Source: Microcoleus sp. (GTDB lineage: Bacteria; Cyanobacteriota; Cyanobacteriia; Cyanobacteriales; Microcoleaceae). Taken from it: DNA of 64,000 nt. Of this stretch, positions 9,930 through 19,565 are shown piece by piece. Numbering within the stretch: the stretch's first letter is position 1; each line of letters begins with the position of its first letter. The stretch covers positions 192,001-256,000 of the forward strand of contig JAYFMW010000006.1 of assembly GCA_042408215.1 (NCBI GenBank). The letters run 5' to 3'. Made by a program: the position numbers and the translations under genes. A model generated the notes under the pieces. The model worked only from the letters and a program-made list of their open reading frames with translations. It ran no database searches and was not told the DNA's origin.

Positions 9930-11243
9930 ATGAAAACCCTCTACACCCTGCTATATGCCCTCAGCATCATCCTCATCAACCCGTGGGGAAGCAGCCGGGG
10001 CATCATCTGGACTTCCCCAAAAGTGTTCGTTATTTGGCTAATAGTAGGAGTCAATCTCGCCCTCTTGTGGGAACAAAGAAAAGCCATAACCATTCCCAGA
10101 CAATGGAAAATCTCGCTAATACTTTGGACAATATTTCTATCAATCGGAGCTATCTCGACTCTACAAAGTCCTTTTCCCTTAACCTCTTTCTTCGGTCAAG
10201 ATCAAATGGGAGACGGCTGGCTCTACTGGCTGTTAATTGCCGCCTTCACCCTCAGCAACAGCTTACTCCTAATCGTACACCCGCAACTGATTAATTCCCA
10301 ATTCCAAGGACTGCTAATTGGTGGCATCATTCTTTCTCTTAGTATCTTCCCCCAAATCATCGATTGGCGGATCGACTATACCGCGACAATGGGGCAAATT
10401 ATCAGAGCTGATGTCCTAGCCAGCAGTATTTTTCAAGGACAACAACCAATAGGATTGTACTCCCACAGAGGCCATGCAGCTATAGTTTTAGCATTAATAG
10501 TAATTACTACTATTGTGGGCTGGATTGGGAGATTTACGACAACTAAATTAACTGCAATTACTTTGATTTTAACTGTTCCTGCACTGCTGCTAACTTCTAC
10601 CCGAAGTGCTATTTTAGCTTGGATTGTGGCTAGTGCCTATTTGCTCAGAGGCAAATATTATAAAATCCTTGTAGGAATTGTTCCGATCGCCATAATCGCT
10701 ATTGGCATCATGACTGTCAGCAGACCCCTAGATTGGAGCAAACCGACCATCGCACAAATCATGTCTAGCCGATCGCCAATGTGGACACTCTCAGTGCGTG
10801 GCCTCAAAAAACGCCCGCTATTTGGATGGGGATTTGACGGTTTTGGCATTGCCTATCCCTACATCAGAAATCCTCAAGTAACTCCGATCGTTGTAAATTT
10901 AGACGAGTTTACTTACGACTATATTAACATAAAAGGTGAAATCAGCACTAGAGAAATTTCTACTTACAAAGCTCACAATTGGATTCTGGATACAACCCTA
11001 TCAGTTGGCATTTTAGGGCTGCTTGCTGCTATGGCACTTTGGGGATATTATGTGTGTTTAGCGCTGAATTATTCTCTGGGTGGCCTTGAGGCAGTTGTTA
11101 TTGCTTATTTGATTTTTACGTTCACTTGGTTTGACTGCGCTCAATACGCACAGATTGCCTGGTGGACGATGAGTTTCGCTGGAGTTAGATATCCTCATGC
11201 TCTGGGGCTGGAGAAGAGAAGATTAATTTTATACAAAGTTTAG
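9930..11243 (+). CDS. O-antigen ligase (Wzy_C) family membrane protein
   Basis: Multi-TM; LLLTSTRSA, RPLFGWGFDGF and KAHNWILD motifs. Confidence 0.85.
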   Translation: MKTLYTLLYALSIILINPWGSSRGIIWTSPKVFVIWLIVGVNLALLWEQRKAITIPRQWKISLILWTIFLSIGAISTLQSPFPLTSFFGQDQMGDGWLYWLLIAAFTLSNSLLLIVHPQLINSQFQGLLIGGIILSLSIFPQIIDWRIDYTATMGQIIRADVLASSIFQGQQPIGLYSHRGHAAIVLALIVITTIVGWIGRFTTTKLTAITLILTVPALLLTSTRSAILAWIVASAYLLRGKYYKILVGIVPIAIIAIGIMTVSRPLDWSKPTIAQIMSSRSPMWTLSVRGLKKRPLFGWGFDGFGIAYPYIRNPQVTPIVVNLDEFTYDYINIKGEISTREISTYKAHNWILDTTLSVGILGLLAAMALWGYYVCLALNYSLGGLEAVVIAYLIFTFTWFDCAQYAQIAWWTMSFAGVRYPHALGLEKRRLILYKV

Positions 11244-11363
11244 TATTAGATCGAGTCCGGGTTAATTAACCCCTTGATTACTCGGCGGTTAAAACCGCTA
11301 CTATACAAACTTTCGTCCCTCTCTAAGAGACTAAGAATAAAATCGACTATTTAGAGGTTATTT

Positions 11364-12377
11364 CTAACCTTTAACTTCCACACCCCCAAAAACTTCGCCC
11401 ACAGCCAACCGAGTTCCGTTCGCAAAATCCACCCCAGACTGCACCTTTTTCCCGGCCAACTGCACCTCCCGCAATAATAATAAACCATTGCCAGTTTGGA
11501 CGATCGCCCCCAAGCCCTTCACAACCTTAACAACAGCCCCATTCTCCCCCGACAACTGCGACAAAACAGGCCAATCGCGCTCCAAAACCCTCAAATCCGG
11601 CGGCATTTGCAGCCAATATTCCGGCGCGACGGGCACAGTCGCCATCACCTTCAGAGAATTGCCGCGAAAACTGGTGGTACAATCCGGGTAAAAACCCCTA
11701 ACTTGATTGTGAAGCGCGATCGCACTTTTCGACCAATCCAACACAAAATCAGCACCCTTAATCATCGGCGCATAACTCGCCTGGGCCTCATCTTGAGCAA
11801 CAGCTTCAATTTTCCCATCCCTCAATTTTATCAAAGTTTCTACCAACAAATCCCCCCCAATTTCTGACAGCCTATCCCCCAAAGAATCAGCATTATCCAA
11901 CAGCGAAATACCAGCAAAAGCCTTCAACAACATCGCCCCAGTATCCATCCCCGCATCCATCAGCATTGTGGTAATTCCGGTTTCCTTTTCCCCGTCATAA
12001 AAACACCGCTGAATCGGTGCCGCACCGCGATACTTCGGCAAAATCGAACCGTGAACATTGACGCAAGCTAAACTAGGAATATCCAAAATTGCTTGAGAAA
12101 GAATCTGGCCATAAGCTACCACTACAAAAACATCGGCTGACGCTTCCCGCAATTTGGCAATTGTTTCTGCATCTTTCTTAATTCGCTGCGGCTGCAAAAC
12201 CGGGAGATGGTGATTTAAAGCCGCCATTTTTACCGGTGAAGCCATCAACTGATTGCCTCTTCCCCGGCGTTTATCCGGCTGAGTGACAACAGCCACTACC
12301 TCGAATTCGGGATGGCTTAGCAGACTGGATAAGGTAGGAACAGCAAATTCTGGAGTGCCAAAAAAGATTATTTTCAT
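11364..12377 (-). CDS. fmt: Methionyl-tRNA formyltransferase
   Basis: MKIIFFGTPEFAVP, VVTQPDKRRGRG, NVHGSILPKYRGAAPIQ, MDAGMDTG. Confidence 0.97.
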   Translation of the reverse strand: MKIIFFGTPEFAVPTLSSLLSHPEFEVVAVVTQPDKRRGRGNQLMASPVKMAALNHHLPVLQPQRIKKDAETIAKLREASADVFVVVAYGQILSQAILDIPSLACVNVHGSILPKYRGAAPIQRCFYDGEKETGITTMLMDAGMDTGAMLLKAFAGISLLDNADSLGDRLSEIGGDLLVETLIKLRDGKIEAVAQDEAQASYAPMIKGADFVLDWSKSAIALHNQVRGFYPDCTTSFRGNSLKVMATVPVAPEYWLQMPPDLRVLERDWPVLSQLSGENGAVVKVVKGLGAIVQTGNGLLLLREVQLAGKKVQSGVDFANGTRLAVGEVFGGVEVKG

Positions 12378-12450
12378 ATAAATTGGTAATTGGGCATCGG
12401 CCAAAGAGGGCATCGGGAATTGGGCATTGGTTATTAGTTATTATCACCAA

Positions 12451-12609
12451 CCAATAACTGCTAACTAATGACTAATAACTGCTAACTAATGACTAATAAC
12501 TGCTAACTAATGACTAATGACTAATGACTAATGACTAATGACTAATGACTAATGACTAATGACTAATGACTAATGACTAATGACTAATGACTAATGACTA
12601 ATAACTAAT
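12451..12609. repeat. STRR heptamer tandem repeat (CTAATGA)n with 21-bp variant units
   Basis: Directly visible tandem array. Confidence 0.95.
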
Positions 12610-13545
12610 GGCAACTTCAATGCGGCGATTGCGCTGCCGGTTGGCATCGGAACTGTTGTCCACCGAAGGGCGACTTTCTCCATAGCCGATCGCCACCCAA
12701 TGATACTTCTCCCCAAGCACATTAGACAAATACCGCGTCACAGCCTCAGCCCGCGCAAAGGACAAATTGCGATTTTCCGCCACTTCCCCCACATTATCAG
12801 TGTGGCCCGCCACCCGCACAGTCGCGCCCTCGTAATTTCGCAAATCCGCCACCAAATTGTCCAAAATCGCATTAGTTCCCGCGCGGAAGGAAATGCTGCC
12901 AGTATCAAACAAAACATCGCTAGGTAAAGTCACCATCAGCGCATCCCCTGCAAACACGGGATTTTTATCACTTGGTTGCGCCCTAGTTACAGGCTGTGGA
13001 GTCGGAGTGCCGCCGATCGCAGGTAAAGCCGGAGTGGGGCTGGCCACTGTTTCCGGTGATGCCAATTCCCGCGACATCAATTGCAATCGCTTTTCCAAGG
13101 TTTCCGTCGGGCGACTGCTACCTAACTGACTCTCCAAAGCCGCCGTGCGGCCAATTAGGGCGTTTAACTCACCCTGCAACTGTCTCAAATCTGACTGCAA
13201 CTTCTGTTTCTGGGCGGGATTGACTTGCGACTGCCGACTCGGTGTAGCGATTGTCGGTAGCGCCGGAATTTGCTTTGCTGGAGCGCGTTTCCTATGGGGG
13301 GTCAAATTTTGAGTTTGACGCAGCAATCTCTCGGCGATCGGCATTTCTGTGGCGGTAGAGGGGTGAATTTGGGCGATCGTCATACCCAAAACCCAGGCAA
13401 AACCGCTGCCTACCCCCAGCAGCAACAGCCGAAAAATCAGCGATAGTACGAAAACACCTTTTCCCCGCGACTTGGGGGTGCGAGTTGGGGGGATTGCAGG
13501 TTTTTGGTTAAAAGATGCCGTCACGGTTTCTCCCTCTCGGTGCAC
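12598..13545 (-). CDS. OmpA/MotB-family peptidoglycan-binding protein (start uncertain)
   Basis: N-terminal TM, coiled coil, then LPSDVLFD, VAGHTD, NLSFARAEAV, GYGESRP and NRRIEV. Confidence 0.9.
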   Translation of the reverse strand: MHREGETVTASFNQKPAIPPTRTPKSRGKGVFVLSLIFRLLLLGVGSGFAWVLGMTIAQIHPSTATEMPIAERLLRQTQNLTPHRKRAPAKQIPALPTIATPSRQSQVNPAQKQKLQSDLRQLQGELNALIGRTAALESQLGSSRPTETLEKRLQLMSRELASPETVASPTPALPAIGGTPTPQPVTRAQPSDKNPVFAGDALMVTLPSDVLFDTGSISFRAGTNAILDNLVADLRNYEGATVRVAGHTDNVGEVAENRNLSFARAEAVTRYLSNVLGEKYHWVAIGYGESRPSVDNSSDANRQRNRRIEVAISY

Positions 13546-13568
13546 TTACCATATTACTTTCGATACTA

Positions 13569-13669
13569 CAGGACTTAAGGGCGTGGGACTAAAAACCCGG
13601 TTTCTGCCTCAATATATCGGAGAAATGCACAATTTTTCGGAGAAACCGGGTTTTTTTGCGTAAGCCCTA
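13569..13669. mobile_element. MITE of the CAGGACTTACGCA-type TIR family with a 5-bp TSD
   Basis: CAGGACTTAAG...TGCGTAAGCCCTA flanked by TACTA on both sides; internal AAACCCGGTTTCT/AGAAACCGGGTTT palindrome. Confidence 0.75.
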
Positions 13670-13766
13670 TACTATCCTAACTGCTAGACTTTGTGCTTTG
13701 GGTTTTGTTTCTCAAGCCAACATACAATTTGTTAGATAATGCAATATAACTTTTGGCAAAAAACCC

Positions 13767-14438
13767 ATGAACGACCCTTTAAATAGCTCTTATCCTGTTC
13801 CTTGGGAATGGATCACCGCTACTCATGCTAAAGTTAGCTCGACTATGGGCACTGGTCTCCGTTACTATCGTAGTCCTTCCCTAGTTTCGACGAATGGTCA
13901 ATACGCAGCTTACAGTCGAATTGAGTTGCAGGTACAGCCGGAATTCTCCCGCTGTCGAGTTAGTAGTGTCATGTTTGTGGAAAATCTCAAAACGGGGGAA
14001 CTGCAAACCGTGGCGGCTGCTTCACCGCTGGCTGAAAGCGGGTTTTATGCTACTGACGAAACAGATATGTCTGGGACGATCGCCATTTTAGTACCAGTTG
14101 CTTGGAATCAAACGGGTTCCCGGGTTCTCGCCCGCGAATTTGAAGCCATTTTCAATTCTTCGGATATGTCCGACTACGCTGTCATCTGGGACAGAAATGA
14201 GAATTACAGTTATACCGTTGCTCCGGCTCGCAGTCTTTACACTCATGCTGTATTGTTGGGTTGGAGTCAAGTTTGTCCGGGACAGGTTCTGTTCCGCGCT
14301 GGCAATTTGGGCGATCGAACTTGGCCTCTTTGTGCAGTCGATCAGAGTGGCCAAACGGTAGCTGTCAGCGACGATCAACCCCTGGTTTTCGGCAGTCAAG
14401 CCAGCACTGACTGGAGCGAACCTAAAACTCGTTTTTAG
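13767..14438 (+). CDS. Conserved cyanobacterial hypothetical protein
   Basis: 223-aa ORF with normal composition; YYRSPSLVS..GQYAAYSR. Confidence 0.75.
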   Translation: MNDPLNSSYPVPWEWITATHAKVSSTMGTGLRYYRSPSLVSTNGQYAAYSRIELQVQPEFSRCRVSSVMFVENLKTGELQTVAAASPLAESGFYATDETDMSGTIAILVPVAWNQTGSRVLAREFEAIFNSSDMSDYAVIWDRNENYSYTVAPARSLYTHAVLLGWSQVCPGQVLFRAGNLGDRTWPLCAVDQSGQTVAVSDDQPLVFGSQASTDWSEPKTRF

Positions 14439-14448
14439 ATCTTATATT

Positions 14449-16533
14449 ATGGCGGTATCTTTTTTTGTATTGCCCCAAATTATCCTACTGTCAGGTCAAT
14501 CTTTTGACCAGTGGATTTTGGGTTTGGGGCTGATAATTTTGACTGTTATTTTTGGTCTAACAACTTTTATTTTTATTCGGATTTTCATCAATTGGTTGCA
14601 GGCGATAGCGGAGCCAAAGCGCCAACTCGCCAAAAACAGGGCGATCGCCGAAAATGACGGCTATTCAACTAATCCTATTTCAGGGGATAAAAGCGCTATC
14701 TTAGAACCGGTGTTCGTAGAAAGTGACGGGGATTTAACTACTTCTCTTTTTGGGGATCAAACCGATGTTGCAGAAGTAATTCAGCAGCCGATAATAATCT
14801 GCGAAGATCCCGTTGCACTTGCTCAGCTTTATCAGCCGATCGCTCTTTGGCAAGGACGCTTAATTTTGCCGACCGACGACCAGCGAAAACCCTACGGTTC
14901 GGTGTTTTTGCAAGTGATAAATACACCTAAAAAATATCGAAAATTAATCGGAAAAACTGCGACATTAAACTTTAGCACTCACCGCAAAAATCAGTTTTTT
15001 GTCCACGCTGTTACCCAAGATATCAAGTTCACCAAACAAACTGAAAACAGTAAAAAATCCGGTAACATCCATCCCGATAGATTGAAGGGCTGGCGCAAGG
15101 TCGGCCCTTTAGAAACTCTAGCAGGGAGTAGACTCGAAGACAGCGTGACAGTGATGCTGCGGCGGCCAGTCAATGTGATAAATTATGGCAGTAGCGATCG
15201 CCATGAATTAATACTCGATCGAGAACCAGTACAAATTACAGGAAGTTGGTGTGCCCTCGTCTCAATTTTACAGCGACAAGAACCGGAGAGCGACAAATTT
15301 ATTGTCCGCCATTTCAACAAAACATCTCAACAATTTGACGGGCTAGCTGAAATAATTAGGATTCCGCAAGTCAAGCCAGACAAAAATGGCGTAGCGAGGT
15401 CTACAAATTACCTCATAGAAAAATCGCCATTAAATCCAGACGGCTGGTACATTTACGGCGAAAAAGGCGAAGACAATATTTTTAGAGTCCAAGCAATCGA
15501 GCCCCGAAAAATTGCCCAATTAATCCCAGATGAAACACATTTGGGACTGAAAAAATGTCTCGATTATTTAAACTGCGAAAATTGGCAAAATACACCGAGT
15601 CAAAAAGGGCAAGCAAAAATAGTCTTATTATCGCCTTCGGAAGAACCAGAAAACGCATACATCTCTCCTTGGGAAGAAGGAGACATCGGCATAGTGATTC
15701 ACTGTTTCGGCGGGATTGGCGGCAAAAAAGCAGAACCCGCACCGCTGGGAATTGTCACCGGACATTTTGCTTTGGGAATAGCAAAAGTAGTGCGCGATCG
15801 CTTTACCGGCGAACTGCGTTTTGATATAGAATACAAACAAGTGTACGCCCACAATCCCGATGGAATTGTCGCCGGATCGAGCAAATGGCAAAGTTACATG
15901 GGAGACTTGGAGCGCGGCTTGTTGGGCGATCGCCCGGTTTGCGATATCATTTGTAAATTAGATTGCGTGTGTCGTGACTACAACTTTGACGGCATCCAAT
16001 TGTCGCCCTTAGACGAATTAAACCAGCAATTAGATATTATGATGGCCCGTTACCGCAGCGGAGACGGTACCGGAGCAAGTTTAGTCACCCCTGCGACTTC
16101 CTGCGTCCAAGATTCCAGTCAGGCAATTTACGCTACCATTAAAAAAATCACTTCAGAAATTGAATCAAATCCTCAGATTCAAGAATGGCTAAAAACCCAT
16201 CCCACCGACGCACAAACTCAAAGATTTCACCAGTTAGTAGCTTTAGGACAAAGTTTAGAAAAAGTATTAATTCCCCTGGGCATTGTCCGTCCAGATTGGC
16301 GCAAAAATGCTAAATTAGCGGGGATTGATTCCCACCTCAAACCAAGTTTATTTGCGATGATAGCTAACCCCATAACAGCGGCTATTAGCTACCGAACAAT
16401 GCTACCCAGACGCACTCAAGATGCCATAGCCAAAATTTTCTTAAAACAGGGAGCATTTTTGTGGGTAATTCGGACAAATCAAGTCGGGGGATTTGATGCA
16501 AATATTGAGCCGATCGCACCTACAAGACTTTGA
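14449..16533 (+). CDS. Hypothetical membrane-anchored protein resembling the soluble part of large cyanobacterial CAAX-protease/Abi-annotated proteins
   Basis: 694-aa ORF with an N-terminal TM; conserved blocks VGPLETLAG, HCFGGIGG, MMARYRSGDGTG, SCVQDS and RTNQVGG. Confidence 0.6.
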   Translation: MAVSFFVLPQIILLSGQSFDQWILGLGLIILTVIFGLTTFIFIRIFINWLQAIAEPKRQLAKNRAIAENDGYSTNPISGDKSAILEPVFVESDGDLTTSLFGDQTDVAEVIQQPIIICEDPVALAQLYQPIALWQGRLILPTDDQRKPYGSVFLQVINTPKKYRKLIGKTATLNFSTHRKNQFFVHAVTQDIKFTKQTENSKKSGNIHPDRLKGWRKVGPLETLAGSRLEDSVTVMLRRPVNVINYGSSDRHELILDREPVQITGSWCALVSILQRQEPESDKFIVRHFNKTSQQFDGLAEIIRIPQVKPDKNGVARSTNYLIEKSPLNPDGWYIYGEKGEDNIFRVQAIEPRKIAQLIPDETHLGLKKCLDYLNCENWQNTPSQKGQAKIVLLSPSEEPENAYISPWEEGDIGIVIHCFGGIGGKKAEPAPLGIVTGHFALGIAKVVRDRFTGELRFDIEYKQVYAHNPDGIVAGSSKWQSYMGDLERGLLGDRPVCDIICKLDCVCRDYNFDGIQLSPLDELNQQLDIMMARYRSGDGTGASLVTPATSCVQDSSQAIYATIKKITSEIESNPQIQEWLKTHPTDAQTQRFHQLVALGQSLEKVLIPLGIVRPDWRKNAKLAGIDSHLKPSLFAMIANPITAAISYRTMLPRRTQDAIAKIFLKQGAFLWVIRTNQVGGFDANIEPIAPTRL

Positions 16534-16765
16534 GGCATGGGGCATGGGGCATGGGGCATGGGGCATGGGGCATGGGGCATGGGGCATGGGGCATGGGGCA
16601 TGGGGCATGGGGCATGGGGCATTGGGCATTGGGCATTGGGCATGGGGCATTGGGCATTGGGCATGGGGCATTGGGCATGGGGAATCGGGAATTTGGAATC
16701 GGAAGCCCCAAGCGAATAACCAATAACCAATAACCAATAACCAATAACCAATAACCAATAACAAT
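16533..16765. repeat. STRR arrays (GGGCATG/GGGCATT)n and (CCAATAA)n between convergent genes
   Basis: Directly visible tandem heptamers. Confidence 0.95.
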
Positions 16766-17965
16766 TTACCAAGGACTCACTTGAACAGTGCCGCCTGGTG
16801 CAAAAACTACCCGGAAATCAGCCAGCGGTTCCGCAGATGGCCTGCTACCCACAGGCTTGTAAAGCAACTCAGAGAAAAGTGTATCCCCGATGCGATCGAC
16901 TGTTTGAGAATTCTCTGACTTGTAACCGACAATCGCACCGTCTTTAGCCACGCTTACCCGATAAATCAACTCCCCATTAACAGCAGACTGATTCTTCAAA
17001 ACTCCGTCAATTTGCTCGGAAAGCTTTCCCCTCAACAGCTCAATTTCCGCTGGATCGGTAATCGCGACAGCTACCCCCGAACTCTGCAAACCTTCAGAAA
17101 CAGGTGTGGGAGTAACCGACGGCGAAGCATCAGCAGCCGGAGTTGGACTCGAAGTTTGACTGGGAGTTTGACTGGGAGTTTGACTGGGAGTTTGACTGGG
17201 AGTTTGACTGGGAGTTGGCGCAGGCGATATAGCCGACTGAGTACGATCGCCCGGTAGCAAACCGTCAGCCGCCGGCGTTGGATTGGGATTCGGTGTCCCC
17301 GCACCCGGATTCGGCGTGTCGATATTCTGGCCCGTAGTATTGGGTTGACGAATCGGATCTCTGGGGCGCTGGACTTCCGGCACCGGCACCAAGAAAAACG
17401 CCATCGCAGCCAAAGCTAAACTCGACACCCCTATTACCCCTGGTAAAGCCCGCTGGGCTACCGGTTCGGCTGACTTGATATAACGCTTGGACACTGGAGT
17501 TAATTGCAGTGATAACTCTGGTAACGTTTGCGTGTCGGCAAAAAATTGGTCGATCGCCTCCACTAAGTCAAATAGCTGTACCGTCGTTAAATCAACCTCT
17601 GCCGAGAATTGGGTTTTTTCGGCGATTTGGACTCCGCTGTCTGATGAAGCGGGTAGAATCGTCAACCGGTGCGTATTCCCGTCAATTCTGTGCAACTGCA
17701 CCAAGCCCGAATCATGGTCCTGGCGATCGGGATAATGGACTCCGCTCATAAATTCTTGAGCGTAGCTGCTGACAACCCTCACCAAGCTTTCAAAAAAATC
17801 CCTTCCCCCAGTTAGGGGCTCGGCGAGACTGCTCAAATAGCATTCAGCGCTCATTAGTATCGAAAGCACCGGCCGTTTTTCTAACTGGCTGGCTGCTGAG
17901 CCATCGCTTAACCCTTCGAGAACCAGGGTGCAATTTGGCAAACTGTACTGACGCCTAATAGTCAT
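16766..17965 (-). CDS. DUF4335 domain-containing protein
   Basis: MTIRRQYSLPNCTLVLEG, QLFDLVEAIDQFFAD; TM segment and Pro/Thr linker with a 12-bp repeat (PSQT). Confidence 0.85.
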   Translation of the reverse strand: MTIRRQYSLPNCTLVLEGLSDGSAASQLEKRPVLSILMSAECYLSSLAEPLTGGRDFFESLVRVVSSYAQEFMSGVHYPDRQDHDSGLVQLHRIDGNTHRLTILPASSDSGVQIAEKTQFSAEVDLTTVQLFDLVEAIDQFFADTQTLPELSLQLTPVSKRYIKSAEPVAQRALPGVIGVSSLALAAMAFFLVPVPEVQRPRDPIRQPNTTGQNIDTPNPGAGTPNPNPTPAADGLLPGDRTQSAISPAPTPSQTPSQTPSQTPSQTPSQTSSPTPAADASPSVTPTPVSEGLQSSGVAVAITDPAEIELLRGKLSEQIDGVLKNQSAVNGELIYRVSVAKDGAIVGYKSENSQTVDRIGDTLFSELLYKPVGSRPSAEPLADFRVVFAPGGTVQVSPW

Positions 17966-18399
17966 AAAAAAGTTCGGTAAGTGGGAAACGAGCGAGTCTT
18001 TAGACCTGAGAGGGAAACGACGCGGGTGGTTTTAACCACCGTGAATCTTTTTTCCATTACCGCCTTGGAATTGCTTGACGGGAGTGTACTTTTGTAATGC
18101 ACTTTCGATGGGACAATTACCATTTCAAGCCTTGCAATCCTGTACGCATAATGGTTGCCTTTGTTGGGCCTCCCTTGCGGGGTAAAGTTCGCTTCGTCAA
18201 TGTTATTTGGGCTTGTTAAGGTAGTAGCACTATAAAGCGTGACTTTAGAATTGTTTAACTAATACCGACAGAGCAAGAAACTAGCGTCGCATTTCAGGGT
18301 GTCGTGACCCAAATAACGTAGCCAATTAAGGCTTAGACTGGTCAGGATAGCTCACAATTTCTTGCAAGCTCAGTGGCGTTGACTCCCTGAGTTCCTGAC
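17966..18399 (-). mobile_element. Non-autonomous IS200/IS605 (IscB-type) mini-element carrying an omegaRNA; iscB deleted
   Basis: Minus strand begins GTCAGGAACTCAGGG right after the DUF3038 TAA and ends right before ATGA (the DUF4335 start). Subterminal hairpins at both ends; only a short ORF remnant (ATG at 18149). Confidence 0.85.
18165..18399 (-). ncRNA. Stand-alone omegaRNA (HEARO-like) scaffold 1
   Basis: Ordered blocks TGACCAGTCTAAG, CTACGTT, GACACC, ATGCGACGCTAG, GTTAAACA and CATTGACGAAGCGAAC, shared with the omegaRNA upstream of iscB. Confidence 0.85.
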
Positions 18400-19005
18400 T
18401 TACTCAACCTCTCCATCAAACAGGCTAACCCAGAAGCGCTGCATTCCGGCAGTGCCTGTACAAAATAGCAGTTTGCTCAATAAGTTCAAAGCTAGTTCAT
18501 CGAGCTTGTCGTCGGAGTCGTAAGCTGCTACTAGCGATCGCTTGGGGTTCATGCGCGATCGAAAGTGAGCTCGAAAGCGTTCTAAATACTCGGCCAGCGG
18601 TAAGTGCTGGTTGAAGGGGATATTTCTCGATCGCGACTGCTGGGAGTCTTGCAGCAACTGGCGAATTGTCGCTGTTAGCTTGCGCGCCAAATTGCAGGCG
18701 ATCGCCACCAGCGCTTTTGCCTCCAGCGCGGTGAGGGAGCGACGCTGGGTATAGCGACGCAGCGGGTTAGTATTACGCAGCAGCCAAAGGGCAACCCGAT
18801 TTTTGATAATTGATTCCAATTCTAGTTCCTTTGACACTGCCAGCATTTCTTCAGCACCTCCGAGATACAAGGCTTCGATCGCCAACAACATCAGGTCAAT
18901 TTGCAATCTGGCGCGACGGGGACATCCGTCATCGGAGGGCGACAAATCTGGCAAACTGTCTAAAATCAACGGGTTTGACTCGGTAAGCGAAGTTTCTAAC
19001 GGCAT
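18400..19005 (-). CDS. DUF3038 domain-containing protein (start 19005 or 19077)
   Basis: IDLMLLAIEAL, RNTNPLRR, YLERFRAHFRSRMNP, KLLFCTGTAGMQRFWVSLFDGEV. Confidence 0.88.
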   Translation of the reverse strand: MPLETSLTESNPLILDSLPDLSPSDDGCPRRARLQIDLMLLAIEALYLGGAEEMLAVSKELELESIIKNRVALWLLRNTNPLRRYTQRRSLTALEAKALVAIACNLARKLTATIRQLLQDSQQSRSRNIPFNQHLPLAEYLERFRAHFRSRMNPKRSLVAAYDSDDKLDELALNLLSKLLFCTGTAGMQRFWVSLFDGEVE

Positions 19006-19112
19006 TACGATCACGGCAACATATATTCCAAAAAAACTATACGGACACAGAGGGGCTCCAGCATGAGAAATTCTCAACCAAGGACTCCTCTGAGATACTT
19101 GATTTTTATCAT

Positions 19113-19487
19113 CCGAAAATTGGGCGGAGCGTAGCGGAGGGTTGAAACCCCGTCCTTTTAGGACGGCTTTGCTTGATTTGATAAATTAGTTGCCTACCTC
19201 TTGCTAGGTGGAGGGGTATGGTTACCCCCTCCCTTGGAGATCTGGTTGTCGACCGCCCCTTTCGGGTGATGTTAGCGCGCGCCTTTGTTATAAGAGCTTT
19301 TTAAACCTGCAACACTGTTCCAGTGACTTTAGAACTGTTTAATTACAGACGACAGAGCCCAAAACTAGCTTCGCATTCAAGGAGTGTCGTGACTCAAATA
19401 ACGGAGTCAGTGAAGACTTAGGCTGGTCAGTACAGCTTGCTTCGATCGCTCTAACAAGCTCAGTCCCTTTAGGGCTGAGTTACTGAC
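19113..19487 (-). mobile_element. Non-autonomous IS200/IS605 (IscB-type) mini-element carrying an omegaRNA, no ORF
   Basis: Minus strand begins GTCAGTAACTCAGCCCTAAAGGGACTGAG and ends ...AAAGCCGTCCTAAAAGGACGGGGTTTC...CAATTTTCGG, followed by ATGA. Confidence 0.85.
19250..19487 (-). ncRNA. Stand-alone omegaRNA (HEARO-like) scaffold 2
   Basis: TGACCAGCCTAAG, CCGTTATTTGAGTCACGACAC, ATGCGAAGCTAG, TTAAACAGTTCTAAAGTCAC; closely similar to scaffold 1. Confidence 0.85.
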
Positions 19488-19565
19488 TCACTTTATTGTG
19501 TATTTTCAATCTAGCAGCAAGCGGTCATTGCAGGCGATCGAGTGCCAGAGTAGCAGAGTCCCAGA

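Noticed and set aside
16441..16772. ORFs such as MPHAPC/GMGHGAW repeats (also 20005-20313, 34450-34962, 55156-56086)
   Set aside because: Stop-free translations of tandem repeats, or antisense shadows of PT linkers.
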